Positions 62,802 to 64,000 of a DNA stretch of 64,000 bases are shown in pieces (within the stretch, counting starts at the first letter, position 1; each line of letters starts with the position of its first letter). The DNA lies in the NCBI GenBank assembly GCA_016713905.1, contig JADJOE010000003.1:2071944-2135943 (forward strand), read 5' to 3'. The stretch comes from Candidatus Vicinibacter proximus (GTDB lineage: Bacteria > Bacteroidota > Bacteroidia > Chitinophagales > Saprospiraceae). Position numbers and translations under genes: made by a program. The notes under the pieces are model-generated. The model ran no database searches, was not told where the DNA came from, and saw only the letters and a list, made by a program, of their open reading frames with translations.

Positions 62802-64000
62802 TTATTTAACCAAAACAAATCCAGCCCAATTGTAAGGATCAAGCCCATTATCTCTGAGTTGCTTTTGTGCTGCCCGAAATGCATCAGGTATGGTCATTTT
62901 TTCTTCCAGCCACTTTTTATAAAATGTGGTCATCAGCAAAGAAGTCTGTTTGTCCGGTACTTGCCATAGGGACATGATTAAATATTTTACCCCAGCAATT
63001 TTGAAGGCTCTTTGCAATCCATAAACCCCTTCATGACCTTGTATATCCCCCAGGCCGGTTTCACAAGCAGATAAAACGACCAGCTCGGTGTTCGACAAAT
63101 TCATTTGACTAATTTCATAGGCGGTGAGAACCCCATCCTCTTGACCTGGGTTTGGCTGCTTACCCTCCCATGCAGCATTTCCGCCAGACATTATTAATCC
63201 TGAACGCAACATTGGTTGATCTGATTTTTTAAATTCAGATTCAATCTGATCATGGCTTGTAGACTCTTGACCATGCTTTCTTTGATCACTATAAAAATAT
63301 CCATGGGTTGCAATGTGAAGTATTCTAGGAGAAATTGCACCAATCTTTCCTATATTTTTAAAAGATTCTTCTGTGCCATCATAAGCCTTTTTAGTAAGTA
63401 CTTCCATTCCTGCAGTGCGCATTATTCTCTCCAGCGAATTTATTTCTCTTTCAGTACCCAATAGATAGTTCCAACTTCCTGATCTATTGATACTCATAGA
63501 ATCAGACTTGTTAAGGGACACAGCATTTCTAGAAGAAGTGGCATAAACTATATCGTTATTCATCGTGGTACTGTCAAAATCAAAAATTAGACCCCCATAA
63601 AGAACAGCGAGATTGTTTTTAACTTCATTTGAATTTGGAATGACTAACTGACGTGTACTGTTTAACTCACTTAAATCATATCTGTCTGAAAGTATAACAT
63701 CCTGATCTATAGGAATTGCATCTAAATTAATCCTATGAAGTAAACCGCTTGGTGAATAGTATACTTTATTAACTCCTGCCATTTCTTTCTCCATCGGTTT
63801 CCAAATCAAATCATACAATGTCTGATCTGAACCTTTTTTAACAAAAGCTCCTCTGTTAGAGATGTTATAAAGTCCATTTACATAGTCTGCCTTTTTGTCT
63901 GAAAGGGATAGCATCAAAGCGCTTAACTCTCTTTCTTCAAAAAGCTTAATAAAAATAGGTTTTTTATCCCCCTTTTTCAAAAGCAAAGCTCCATAATATA
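62802..64000 (-). CDS. CHAT-domain protein (N-terminus beyond window end)
   Basis: The caspase-like dyad context is LHIATHGYF and ELVVLSACETGLG. The frame stays open to position 64000 (...YYGALLLKKGDKK), so the gene is 5'-partial. Confidence 0.8.
   Translation of the reverse strand, partial: YYGALLLKKGDKKPIFIKLFEERELSALMLSLSDKKADYVNGLYNISNRGAFVKKGSDQTLYDLIWKPMEKEMAGVNKVYYSPSGLLHRINLDAIPIDQDVILSDRYDLSELNSTRQLVIPNSNEVKNNLAVLYGGLIFDFDSTTMNNDIVYATSSRNAVSLNKSDSMSINRSGSWNYLLGTEREINSLERIMRTAGMEVLTKKAYDGTEESFKNIGKIGAISPRILHIATHGYFYSDQRKHGQESTSHDQIESEFKKSDQPMLRSGLIMSGGNAAWEGKQPNPGQEDGVLTAYEISQMNLSNTELVVLSACETGLGDIQGHEGVYGLQRAFKIAGVKYLIMSLWQVPDKQTSLLMTTFYKKWLEEKMTIPDAFRAAQKQLRDNGLDPYNWAGFVLVK

Noticed and set aside
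1-64000. CRISPR arrays, tRNA/rRNA genes, reverse transcriptase (retron or DGR), transposases
   Set aside because: I scanned for regular repeat-spacer periodicity, the T-loop GGTTCGAAT/GGTTCAAAT context, and RT or DDE motifs. None was found. The only mobile-element enzymes are the two dead recombinase pieces.

Overview
AT-rich Bacteroidota-type chromosomal window, judged from T9SS C-terminal sorting domains, a MoxR/DUF58/VWA Bat-type operon, a TonB-dependent receptor and TAnnTTTG promoter boxes. I call about 55 protein-coding genes, mostly envelope, transport and housekeeping functions (acs, sucB-like E2, rfbA, NDH-2, cyclophilin, RNase H, SulP, MFS). I saw no rRNA, tRNA or CRISPR array. All calls rest on reading the sequence and recognising motifs; no searches were run.

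The stand-out region is a decaying accessory island of about 11 kb (about 10.4-21.3 kb). It sits between an orphan LytTR response regulator and a hybrid sensor kinase and contains:
- three unrelated type II toxin-antitoxin pairs; one ParE-like toxin is frameshifted in a T7 run, and one antitoxin has no start for its N-terminal region;
- on the minus strand, a 5'-truncated, frameshifted rhs 3' fragment plus two further orphan Rhs C-terminal-toxin cassettes. Each cassette is followed by an intact small putative immunity gene, and no deliverable full-length rhs is present;
- two complementary remnants of one tyrosine-recombinase type (C-terminal piece first, N-terminal piece last) that bracket the block;
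- a direct repeat of about 200-260 nt whose copies lie exactly 8,580 bp apart.
I read this as a recombinase-associated orphan-immunity island.

Other points worth a second look:
- a Sec-signal lipase followed by two paralogous beta-propeller lipoproteins, with a relic lipase 3' end between them;
- an sdpR-sdpI pair with a palindromic operator next to a 728-aa B12-type radical SAM gene;
- a hairpin-dense 570-nt intergenic region and short repeats flanking an AT-rich gene;
- a vanadium-haloperoxidase-like gene coupled to a beta-barrel gene.
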